Translations under genes and position numbers: made by a program
Part shown: one piece after another, positions 34,632-45,957 of the stretch
How positions within the stretch are numbered: position 1 is the first letter of the stretch
Layout of the letters: the number at the start of each line of letters is the position of its first letter
The notes under the pieces: model-generated
Told to the model about the DNA's origin: nothing
What the model saw: only the letters and a program-made list of their open reading frames with translations
The model's database searches: none
NCBI GenBank assembly: GCA_016618085.1
Contig: JABLTG010000142.1
Span: 1 to 52,568 of the forward strand
DNA: 52,568 nt
Source: Neovahlkampfia damariscottae
Lineage: Eukaryota
Direction of reading: 5' to 3'

Positions 34632-35813
34632 ATGAAGAAAGTGTTCCACAGAAACTACAATTCCTTTATGTTGGGAAAAACAAAGCCATCAGTTTTCTTC
34701 TCCATGTCAACTGAGAATGCGAACAGAAATGAAAACAATTCTGATCAAAAAGAAAAACCAAACATTGGAAAACTCTTAGAAATTGATGAAAAAGAAATAT
34801 TATCAGATGAAAAATTTGACAGTAACAAAAAAAACAACCATGGAAATGAAGAAGCTTGGGATAACCGTTCAAAATTCCATTGGGATTAATAAGTAAGCTC
34901 ATTCAATGACCTATCTGTAAATAAACACTTTATTATTATATTTTAGTTCAAGAACGTGGTATGTGAAAGAAAAACCTTTGAATTCATTCAGTAAGTGGTT
35001 CTTTTTTTTTGCAAAGAGCATTCATCAAGTGTTGTAGAAAAAGGATTTGTTAGAGGATAGCGTAATGCATCAAACATGTTTTCTACAAATGTTTTATTGT
35101 TGAGGTGGTCAATTTTTTGACTTCTCTTCACATTGAAAGTTTGTCCAATGAAAATGGACCAAAACACAAAATTGAAGAGATGGTTGAATGATTCTCTGAT
35201 GGGTTTATTTTCAGGTGTAGCATATGGAAGTATATATGGATTTCGAAAAGGTACAAAAATATCGAAAGGTGAAATAAAAAGCTCATTGATCACTGAAACA
35301 ACAAAAGTTCAAACAATTTCAATTTCAAAATTGCGGCTATTCAACATGTTTCATCACGGATTTCGTTATGGTACAAATTTATTATTATTTTCTTGTCTAT
35401 TTTCAGGATTTGATTTATTTTTATTTCAAAAATATATTAAAAATGAAATAATTTCACAATCACTTTCTGGTGGTTTAGTTGGAAGTCTTTTTGGTATTTT
35501 AGCATCAATAGGAAGAAAAGATTATACAAGAGTATATTATCTTTCATATGGTTTTATAATTTTTATTTTTAATTCAAAATAAGGTGGTGGAATAGGTACA
35601 TTTATTGGAGGAACATATTCAATTCTTTCAAAACCAATAAAAGATCAAATAAATGAACTTTCAAAAGATAATGTTTCAATAGAAGAAATTCAAGAATTTA
35701 AAAAAGGATTTGATGATATGCAAGTTCAAAATTCAATTGATAAATATTTACAGGAACAAAAAGAGATTTTGAAAACAATAGAAGAGGAAGAAGTGAATAA
35801 AAAAAAAGAATAA
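34632..35813 (+). CDS. Putative mitochondrial inner-membrane protein (Tim17/22/23-like)
   Basis: Presequence-like N-terminus and four GxxxG-rich TM segments; spliced. Confidence 0.45.
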
Positions 35814-35817
35814 AATT

Positions 35818-38800
35818 TTATTCAGCATAATCTTCATCAATTTCATCTAGATTTTCTTCAATTTCATCTTCAGATTCAGCTAAATCAAACATTTCTTCAT
35901 CTGAAATCAATAAATCATAATTCAATGATTTCTTTGTTCTAAATCCTTTTCCCAAAGGTTTATCTTCTTCAATCTCTAAATTTTCATCCATATTTTTCAA
36001 CCATTCAGGTAATTCATCTTCAGTCATTAATCTTCCTTGTCTTGGAAGTTTTAATTTTTTCCAATACTCAATTTCATAATTTTCTCTTTCTTTATCCATT
36101 TTATTGAATAAATTTTCTTCTTCATCTCCTCTTGCAATGATTTTATTTAATTGTTCATCATTTGGAATTTCTGCTTCAAATGCTGCATCTCCACCATCCA
36201 TAATTGATTTTAACATTTCTGATCTTTGTGTATAAGTGGATCTTTGATCAAACATTCCAGCTTTAATAACTTTTTTTTCTGCGTCTCTTTTTTCATTCGC
36301 GACTTCATAAATTTTTTCTTCAACAGGACTTGCAGTTACTAATACAAAAACTCTAACTTCTCTTTTTTGACCAATTCTATGAGCACGTGCCATTGCTTGA
36401 ATATCTTGTTGTGGATTATAATCTGAATCAAAAATAATGACTGTATCAGCTGATTGAAGATTCAATCCAAGACCTCCTGCTCTTGTTGATAATAAAAATA
36501 TTTTATATGGTGAATCAGGTGAATTCCAATCTTTTACAAGTTGACCTCTTAATTCTGATTTTACATTTCCATCTAATCTTAAATAATCAATTTTTTTATT
36601 TCCTAAAAATATTTCTAAAACATTTAATAATTTTGTCATTTGAGAAAATAATAAAATTCTATGATTATTTGCAAATAATTTTGGTAATATTCTATCTAAT
36701 AATTCAAATTTACCAGATGTTCTAATTAAATCTTTATCAGTAAATTCATCAAATTCATGTAAAAATAAAAATGGATGATTACAAACTTTTCTTAGTTGCA
36801 TGACTGTATTTGTCAATGAAACACGTTTAACTTTTCCTTTGATAGTTTTTAATGATTTACTCTTATTTTGAATTTGATCATAAAGAGTTCTTTGCATTGC
36901 TGAAAGAGGACATCTAATAATTTTTTCAACTTTTTGTGGTAATTGACTTTCAACATCTTTTTTTTCTCTTCTTAATAAAAATGGACGTAAAACTTGATGT
37001 AAACGATGAATAATCAATAATGTTTCTTCTCCTGTCATTTGTACTTTATCTCCTTGAAATGGTGTATTGAACCATGTTTCAAATGTTGTAACTTTATCAA
37101 AAACATGTGGTAATAAAAAGTTCAATAATGCCCAAAGTTCAGTTAACTAAAAAAAAAAAGGAATCAAAAAAAAAAAATAATTTTACATCATTTTGAAGAG
37201 GTGTTCCTGTTAATAATAAACGATATTTTGAATTATATAATTTTAAATCAGCCACTAATTTTGCATCTTTATTTTTTATTCTGTGACCTTCATCAATGAT
37301 TATATATTCATAAGGTGTTCTTCTTAAAATATTAACATCTCTACTAACATATTCATATTGTATTAAAAGTACATTAAAATTCTTTTTTCTAATATCTACT
37401 TGAATTTGTCTTCTAGTTTCTTGATTTCCAACATATTTTATAACTTTTATGTGAGGAGCCCATTTTTGAAATTCAATTAACCAATTATCTAAAGTTGATA
37501 ATGGTGCTATAACCATAAAAGGACCAGGATTATTTTTATATTCCATTAAATGAACAATTAATGAAATAGTTTGAATAGTTTTACCAAGACCTAATTCATC
37601 TGCAAGAATTCCATTTAAATGATTATTATATAAAGAAACCATCCATTGAAGACCTTGAATTTGATATTCTTTTAAATTACCACCTTTTAACATTGAAGGT
37701 TGTGTTGTAATTGACTCTGAAATATTATGAGCAATGGTATAATATGCATGTTCATTTTCTAAATATTTTTCAACCAATGTATTCTTATTATCAATAACTT
37801 TTTCAGTTTCATTCATTTGAACTACAATTGGTTGATTTTTATTTCTTTCTTGTACTAATTGAGCTCCTAATGATTTTAAACAATCATCTGTTTGTTGTAA
37901 TAATTGCATTAAACGATCTTCTTTTGCTGACATTAATAATTTTAAATATGCTTCTGAATCATTTTCTTTCAATGCTTTAAGTCTTGCTTTGTCTTGTATT
38001 TCTTTTTTTTCTCTTTGAATCTTAATTTTATTTTCAAAATAAAATATCACTTCTTTACATAATTTCTTTCTAAGATTTGTTTGAACTTCAAATCTATTCA
38101 ATAAATTTTTTCGATGATTTTCAATTTCAAATAAAAATTTCTTTCTATAATCCCATAATTGTGAATCCAAATTTAATTCTGTTCTTCTTTTTTTATGTTC
38201 TTGTTGTCTTCTTTCTTGTTCAAATTGAAAAGTGTTTACATCATATAAACCAATTCGTTCACTCATTACTTTTCTTTTTAATAACTTTTGAAATTCAAGC
38301 AGTTGTAATGATTTCATTTTTATTGTTGCATCAACTGTTGTTTTTCTAACAGCACCTCCTTGATTTGAAATTATTAAATTCTTTTTTAAATTGTGAAATT
38401 TATTTTGTAAATCTTGTTGTTTTGGTTCTTTATTGTATAATTTATTCAAAGTGGTCAATCTTCCTTCATAAGCATATTTTTTTAATTCTTCATACTTTGT
38501 GACGACAAAATTTGAATTTTGTTTGTCAAATTCTTTGATTTTTTCTTTATTCATAATTTCATATTCATTCAAGTTAATTTCTACATTTTTACCACTTAGA
38601 GCTTTTAGTAAACAAGGTGGAATTGTAACGTTTTGGTTCAAGTGAAACAATACTGTGTAAATTTGAGATCTTAATTGTAAGTTTTGTTGTTTTGTTATAT
38701 TTGCTTTGATTTCTTGGAACTTTTTCAATTCTTCTTTTTCTTTTTGTTGGATTAGTTCCAGTTGTGTTTTGAGAATCAAACAGAGGTTTTTATAAGTTTT

Positions 38801-38908
38801 ATCTTTAACTGTATGTCCTTCTGCTTTTAGTTCATTTATAGTTTGAATTAGATTATCTAAACTCTCTTTTGGTAAGATTTCATTCTTCAACTCTTTCTTT
38901 GTGTGCAT
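35818..38908 (-). CDS. SNF2: SNF2/Brahma-family chromatin-remodelling ATPase (QLQ/HSA + helicase; no bromodomain seen)
   Basis: QLRSQI, LKEYQIQGLQWMVSLYNN.LNGILADE.GLGKT, DEGH, LLTGTPLQN and STRAGGLGLNLQ.ADTV; one intron. Confidence 0.95.
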
Positions 38909-39013
38909 TGATGAAGAAAAAAACAATTTGATTGGACAACCATAAAAACAGTTTTTTTTTTTATTTTGTTTTTGTCAGAATGAATTTTTGGAAAAAATGT
39001 CCAGAAAAAAATC

Positions 39014-40931
39014 ATGTCTGGAAAAGAATACATCTTCCAAAATAAATTTCGAAAGAATTATCCAATCGGACATTTTATCAGATTCAGTTGGCTACTATGG
39101 TTGAACAACATAATGACCACTGGACATTTTATGGTTACACCATAATTACTCCATTAGCTTTATTTCTACCATTACTTTTTTGTTCAGGTGTTGCATTTCT
39201 GATGCGTGTCATCATTGAAAGAAAGAAATTTATTCAAAACAAAAAAATACACAATATCATTGTTACGTTACTCATTCTCGTGGAAAGAATTTTATTTATG
39301 ATCGTTGTTTATTTACTTTCATCATTATTAATTTTAGGTGTTTCACTTGATGAAATTCATACTTTATTTGGTTATTTGGTAATAGCAATTGTTCAACTCG
39401 GACTTTTTCATGCCTTTCGATATGACAGCCCAAAAGAATTAGAAGATGAAGAGAATGAAGAAGTGTATGAACCAATGACTGAAACAAAAGAAACTGTTAT
39501 TGAAAAACTTCAAAATCTGCTTTTGTTTTATCCTGCTGCTGTTTACAATGGAATGAAAAGATATTCTAAATCCTTTATTCTTGTATCCTTTCTTTTACTC
39601 ATAGTCAAGTATTTGTTTTTTTTTTTTTAATTTTTTTAAAAAGTGCATTCATTTTAATTTCATTATCTGGTGCTTGTTTTTGTTTATATCCTATTGAAGT
39701 TTCAACAAGTTTATCAAGAATAATACTTGGTTCTAGCTGTAATGATGGTGAAATATGCATGCTCTATTTAAACGTTGGTGAAAATACAAACACAGAAATG
39801 ATTGTCAAATTTCACACAAAATTACCATTTACAAATCACACATCCGTATATTTTGACACAAATTCACACATTGGACTTGATTATCCAAAAATACAATCAT
39901 GTTTTTCAGATGATTTAAGAGATATCATCACTGATGAAACAAGATATATTCATACTTGCTTTTTGACTAATTTGACAGCTTCAACTGAATATTATTTTAG
40001 AGTTGGTGATACAAATACTCTATCAAAAGAGAAAAAGTTCAAAACTGGAAATGAAGGCGAAAATGTTATTATTGCTTCAGGAGATGTTTCACCTTCCGAT
40101 ACAACAAGAAGATTAATTCAAGAAGCAGCAAAACATTCACCAACTTTTTTTATGATAGGAGGAGATTTATTTTATACAAACGGAATGAATGTAACTTTTT
40201 AATTTTTATTCACCATTCCACAGACATGTTATCAAAGACTTGACAAATTTTTTAAACTTTGGGAAGAGCTTGCTTATACACCTGAAGGACATTATATACC
40301 TTTGTTAACGTCAATAGGAAATCATGAAGCGAAAGATTTTCAATTTTTCAGAACAAGAAAAGATGCTCAATTATATATCAGATCATTTTCTTATAAAAAT
40401 GGTGACTATGGTCAATCAACATCATTACATCATGCTCATACTATCGGTAATCACTCATCCATTATGGTACTGGATTCTAGTGTTGTCGAAAGTCATTCAT
40501 CACAAGTAGATTGGTTAACAAAAATGTGGTCTGAAAAATACAAATCTACAAACAAATACACATTGTATCATGCACCATTATATCCATCAGCTCGATCACC
40601 AGATAATGCAGTGAGTGCATTAGGAAGAGAACATTGGTTGAAAATTTTTGACGAAAATAATTTAAAGGTTTCATTTGAAAATCATGATCATTTATTAAAA
40701 AGAACTAAATTTTTGAAAAATAACAAAGAAGATATAACTGGTACAATATATATAGGTGATGGTAGTTTAGGAACGCCAAGATCAGGATCAATTGCCGATA
40801 TGCCATGGTATTTGACAACAAGAAAAATTTCATATCATTATTGGGTTGCAACAATGAACAAAAATTATGTAAATTTAAAAGCAAAAGATGAAAATAATAT
40901 AGTTCAGGATGAATTGACAATTAATTTTTAA
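39014..40931 (+). CDS. Membrane-anchored purple-acid-phosphatase-like metallophosphoesterase (start uncertain)
   Basis: TM helices, an FN3-like segment (L..LT.STEY.FRVG), and GD, GGDL.Y, GNHE and ENHDH metal ligands. Confidence 0.8.
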
Positions 40932-41002
40932 ATATTAAAGATTTTTTTTTTATTGGACAATTGAATCTTTTTGCTGTTGAGGATTTTGACTGGACAGTTG
41001 AA

Positions 41003-42138
41003 ATGGGTGGCTCTGAAAGTAAACCGAAAGAAGATTTTGAGACATATACAAAAGATGAATTTGATCAACTGCAGGTGATGCAAGTTAAAAATTTAGACAC
41101 CAAACAAGTTTCAAATTTATTGGATTTTGAAGCTGAATTTTATAAACAAAAAGTTGAAGAAAAACAAAAAGAGAATGAAGAATTTCAAATTATGTTATAT
41201 AATGGACAAGAAACACAAAAATTAATAAAAAATATGAAAGTCCTCACAAATGAATTTTCAACTTTAGAACGATATCAATATAAAGAATTAATATATGAAA
41301 AGATTGAAAATTCATTTAAATTTTTAATGGAAAAGATTGATAAATCGAATTTAAAATCAACTGAAATATTAAAAGAAACTAAATTTTTTAATCAGGAGAA
41401 TTATTTTCAATTCATTGATTTTTTTCATGAATTTGAAGTTCAAAAGATATATTTAAAGTATTATGAACAAGTTATAACTTTAGAAAATCTTGAATAGTAA
41501 AGAAAAGAAAAAATTAATAATACAAACATTTTAGTTTTATTGAAAATTTAAATCGAATTTCAAGTTATAATTATTTACCTTCAAATGAAGATATTTTAAA
41601 ATGTTATGATCCATATTTTAAAGAAATGATTATAAATTTAAATGGAATGATTATTAATTTTTTAGATGCTTCTGAATTTACTTATAAAAAAGTAAAAAAT
41701 ATGAAAAGAAAAACATCAAATATAGATCGAATTCATTTTAATTATATTATATTTATTGTTGATTTAACTGATTATTTAAAAAATGATGAAAATAATATTA
41801 ATTTTATGACAACGAAAATGATTCATTTAACCAACTTGATGGCTTTATTTCCATATTTTTCAATTTTAATTTTGTATGTTAATATAATAGAATTTAAATC
41901 ATCCATTTCATCTGTAAATATAAATACATGTCCTGAATTTAAAGAATATAATGGAAATCAAAATTTTAAATCATCTTTCGCTTTTATTAAAAAAAAATTT
42001 AATCAAATTTCAAGTGTAAGTTCAATGAAAAGTGATGAATTTGATGATTTTAATGAATTATCAATTTTGAATTCAGTAAAAGAAATTTGTTCAGCTATTG
42101 TTATGAGAGAAGTTTTAAGTAATGATAATATTTATTAA
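41003..42138 (+). CDS. Degenerate G-alpha-like protein lacking GTP-binding motifs
   Basis: MGGSES myristoylation site; YLPSNEDILKC and IIFIVDLTDY align with G-alpha; the intron follows ...E like the 28981 gene; G1/G3/G4 are eroded. Confidence 0.7.
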
Positions 42139-42146
42139 ACAAGTTT

Positions 42147-42629
42147 TTATTCATCATTTAAATCTAATATTGAATCTCTTTTTTCAAAATTAAACTTTCC
42201 ATTAAAAAATTTTAAAATTGATTTGTCTTCCTTTTTTAAGAAAAATAGAAAATTAAAATTTAGTATTTTTTTTACCATTAAAGTTGAATTTGATACTACT
42301 TTTTGAATATATTCATTAAGAGATGATTTTCTAGTGATTAACATTTTCTCATTTTTTTGAAGTATTTTTGGAGGAAATTCTGGCAATCTTTGTGTTTCAT
42401 TTTTATGTTTTGAACATATATAAAGGTATAATTCATGAAATTCTCTTTAAATTTTAATGTTTTTAGATTTTTACCGATATCTCTTTTGTAAATCCCATGT
42501 ATGATTTCGAGAAGTGCCTAATAAATTATAATACTTTTATATTTAGAATAAATGTAAGCATACTAATACAGTTCCAATATATACTTCTCCTACAATTTCA
42601 ATTTCTAAAATTGGTTCAGATTCAGACAT
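42147..42629 (-). CDS. Small PX-domain protein (multi-exon)
   Basis: KRYR/EF.EL, LPEFPPK and RKSSLNEYIQ motifs. Confidence 0.7.
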
Positions 42630-42707
42630 GTGTTTGTCGGTTTGGATAAAAACAAAAATGATTGGTGGTCTAAAAATCTGAGAAAACAAAACAAATAATT
42701 TTTTAAT

Positions 42708-42763
42708 TCATTTTCAAATATCAATTGGATTCAATGATTTTTCAATTGTATTTTCATTCATGA
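42708..42763 (-). promoter_or_regulatory. SECIS element
   Basis: Minus strand reads AUGAA-AAUACAAUUG-AAAA..loop..CAAUUGAUAUU-UGAA with a UCAU/AUGA lower stem, 17 nt after the stop codon of a TGA-containing ORF. Confidence 0.75.
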
Positions 42764-42780
42764 CACTTTGAAATTATTCT

Positions 42781-43159
42781 TTATAAACTATCAAGTATTT
42801 CACCAAGTTTCTGGAGCGTTGGATATCTTTTTGTTTCTAATTTTGAATGCAACAGTTCATCAGATTCATTTGTAATTTCAAATACATTTACTCTTGGTTT
42901 TGGGTTGACAATGACTTCAACAGAATATCTTTTGAAATAATCTTGTACTTGTTTTAATTTTTTTTTAGCTGAAGATCATGTTCTCCTTTGAAGAATTTTA
43001 ATTATTGTTTGAATACCCATTTTCTACAAATAACTTTTTTCCAGTTTTTATTTGTGACTCATCTATTGTTTCTTCAACTGATTTTGTTGCAGTTACTTTT
43101 GTTTTTTTTGGAGGTTTTTCTTCAGTATCTTCTGCAACTTTACGTTTTTTGTTCACCAT
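42781..43159 (-). CDS. Rdx-family (SelH/SelW/SelT-like) selenoprotein
   Basis: NLS KKRKV; LFVEK-intron-RT(TGA at 42976-42978)SSAKKKL...VNPKPRVNVFEIT...LLHSK...RYP; SECIS downstream. The exact splice junction is ambiguous by 1 nt. Confidence 0.75.
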
Positions 43160-43216
43160 CACAATTCACAGATTCAAAACGGTTGTGATTGGTCAATTCA
43201 TTTCTATTTTTAAAAC

Positions 43217-44641
43217 ATGACATCTCAAACAACAGAGCAAACAACTCAAACCATCCTCAAGATGATGATAAAACCTGAAGAAGAAGAAACTATAAAAGAA
43301 GTGGTGAAGAATACAACCAAGTTTGATTTCTACAAAGTCGCTGCTGGAACAAAATACCAAACTATTTTAACTGGAGTTTCTGTTCGTCCTGCAACTTTAT
43401 TTTTAAAGAAATTGTTTGAAGGTACTAAATTTGAAGTTACCTTGCCAGGATCAAGTGAACTTTTTAGATTTAATAAACCTCAAGAAATTGCTGAATACAT
43501 AAACTCACAAGATCCAAAAAAGGTTTTATCTTTTTGTGCAAAAGGAGAAGAAGCAATATTCTTTCAAAATTATTCATTTTATAAATTAAATGATTTAAAA
43601 GATATATTTGGTTCAAATGAATACAAAATTTCATTTGGAGAACTTCAAGAAACTTTACAAAGTCAAAAAGTTTACTTAACACCCAATATGCCATTGGAAT
43701 TTTATAAAGGACTTAAAAAATCAATGTTAGAAGATGGATATGATGTTTTACCAGTTAATAATTATAAGAAATTCAAAGATGGAAAAACCAAAACATTCAT
43801 TTCAAATGTCCAAAAAAATCCGAAAGAATTTGGATTTGAAAATGAACAAGATTGTGAAAATTTTTTAAAATTAAGTTTATATCAAACTGGTTCAATGGTT
43901 ATTAAAACAGAGGATTATCGTATTTTTATGGATGGAAAAGGTAAAATTATGAATAGAAAAGATAATCAAAATGATGCAATTCAATTGATTAATGCATGTG
44001 GAATTAGGGATTTTCATTATCATAAAAATCAAGAAAAGAACAAAGAAATAATGACAAATACATTTAAAACAGCATTTATTGCTTCAGAAGATGGTATGGT
44101 TGTATTTCCAGCAGTTGGGATGGGTGTATGGAGAGGTGATCCAGATATTTATTGGAGAGCATTTTTGGATGCATTAGTAATTTCAGGTTCAAAGTTAAAG
44201 AAAGTTTTGATTACACCAGGTAAGATATTGAACAGGGTGCATAATTTTTTAATAGGTCATCAAACAACAATGGATGGAAAATATCAAGGTAAAAATGGAA
44301 ATGAATTTGAAGAGATTTTACAAGAATATTTAAGTTATTATAAAAATGATCAAGATGCAATAACTAATTTAAAAAAAGTGTTGAATTTGTATAAAGAACA
44401 AACAGATGTTGTGCAATTGGCTCATAATTTAAAAATTGCATTTCCAAATGAAATTATTTCTTTATTTAATGCATCAGATCCTGATGTAACTCTTGGAAAC
44501 CATGTTGGTGAATATACAAATAATTGTCCTCACACCAACACAACTGAAGAGAACTATACTGCAATGGGAACAAATGGTTTATGCTTTGAAATAATGACAA
44601 AAGTTCATGATGATCCAAAACGTATTATTAAAATTGAATAA
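43217..44641 (+). CDS. Unknown protein with a possible macrodomain-like (ADP-ribose hydrolase) C-terminal half; in-frame 36-nt intron at 44220-44255
   Basis: FPAVGMGVWRG resembles the macrodomain GxGx(F/W) loop; NASDPD...GE...TEEN; GTAAG...TAG intron. Confidence 0.45.
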   Translation: MTSQTTEQTTQTILKMMIKPEEEETIKEVVKNTTKFDFYKVAAGTKYQTILTGVSVRPATLFLKKLFEGTKFEVTLPGSSELFRFNKPQEIAEYINSQDPKKVLSFCAKGEEAIFFQNYSFYKLNDLKDIFGSNEYKISFGELQETLQSQKVYLTPNMPLEFYKGLKKSMLEDGYDVLPVNNYKKFKDGKTKTFISNVQKNPKEFGFENEQDCENFLKLSLYQTGSMVIKTEDYRIFMDGKGKIMNRKDNQNDAIQLINACGIRDFHYHKNQEKNKEIMTNTFKTAFIASEDGMVVFPAVGMGVWRGDPDIYWRAFLDALVISGSKLKKVLITPGKILNRVHNFLIGHQTTMDGKYQGKNGNEFEEILQEYLSYYKNDQDAITNLKKVLNLYKEQTDVVQLAHNLKIAFPNEIISLFNASDPDVTLGNHVGEYTNNCPHTNTTEENYTAMGTNGLCFEIMTKVHDDPKRIIKIE

Positions 44642-44751
44642 ATTTTAATAATCCTTTCATTTTAGAATCAGATAATTTTGCCACTCTTTTGTTTGATTGG
44701 TGTATTTTAAACGTAACTGAAAAAAAAAAACAAAACACCGAGTAAGGCGTC

Positions 44752-45162
44752 ATGGTTCATCCACACATCATATACGAAGTCACTTTTCCTGAGAATAACA
44801 AAGCAGAAGTCATAAAAACAATGGAACAAGCTATTATTGCGACACGCCACTTTGATTTGGATTTGGACAATAAAGAAGCTGATGTAACTGCTAACTTTCT
44901 GACTGCTTCTTGTAAATGGCTTGATATTGTGACATTTAAATGTACAGAAGAAAAAGAAACATCTTGCACTTTTACAGTAAAATCAACATCAACTTCTATT
45001 TTATGCTGTAATGGAATGAGTTGTTTAGATGGTTTAAGACTGAAATTAGCTGATAAAGATGATTATAGTGATTGGAATCAAAACCAAAAACATATTGAAG
45101 TTTTGCTTAGAAATAGTACTCTGAAACACGAAAAGAAAATGACACAAAGAAAAAACGTGTAA
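44752..45162 (+). CDS. Small protein, DUF1499-like
   Basis: WLDIVTF...VKSTS...SDWNQN..HI..L resembles the FVDD.EF...VRS.SR...SD.G.N..RI pattern. Confidence 0.45.
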   Translation: MVHPHIIYEVTFPENNKAEVIKTMEQAIIATRHFDLDLDNKEADVTANFLTASCKWLDIVTFKCTEEKETSCTFTVKSTSTSILCCNGMSCLDGLRLKLADKDDYSDWNQNQKHIEVLLRNSTLKHEKKMTQRKNV

Positions 45163-45957
45163 AATAAACTTGAAAGAATAAAAATACAAATGTGATCATG
45201 TCTATTTGATTTTTTCATTTTCTATTAAGATTTTGATTTTTCATTTTTATTTTATTATTTCAGTGGAATATTCGGGTACTCAGGGCACACTTTGAGGAGA
45301 ATGAAAAAAAAATAGTAAATTAAATTCCTTACAAATTCGACGAATCAAATATCTAGTTGTTGTTTTGGAACCGCAACTGAGATGAAACGTGCAAAGTAGC
45401 AACTGTATGCATGAAAAAGAATCATGAGATGCCTAAAAAGACCAAAACACCAAAGAAAAATGGCATGAAAAGATTTCTGATTCCAAAAATAAAAAAAAAA
45501 CAAAAAGTACAATCCATTATTATTTACTAAAATTTTAAAGGAATTAAACTGGTACCACCAATATATGTTCCAAAATTAAGACAGTACGTTATAAAAATAG
45601 GTATTAGATTCCAATACAAGGATATAAATAGAGGATTAGATACTTTTGATCAACTTCCGAAAAATACTGATTGCCACATTTCTTGTTGGTGGTTGATGAT
45701 GATAGGACGTGGAGGAAAAAAAAGATACAATCAAGGATATCCAAAAAGAAAAGATTATATCAATGACCTGAAAGAAAATAAAGAAAAAATTGATTAAACA
45801 AGTTTATGGTATATAACTACAAAAACCTTTACTTCTTTAAGGTGAAAATTGAAAGAATAGATGTTTTGAAATTCATGATTGAGAATTCAAGAGTGTTGAT
45901 TGGCTAGTATCATTAGACCAACAAAATCAAAGTCCAATCAATCCAATTTCGAAAAGA

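Noticed and set aside
45429..45797. Possible small spliced gene (open frame 45540-45797 after an intron-like segment)
   Set aside because: The splice phase does not join to the upstream ATG as written, and no domain is recognisable.
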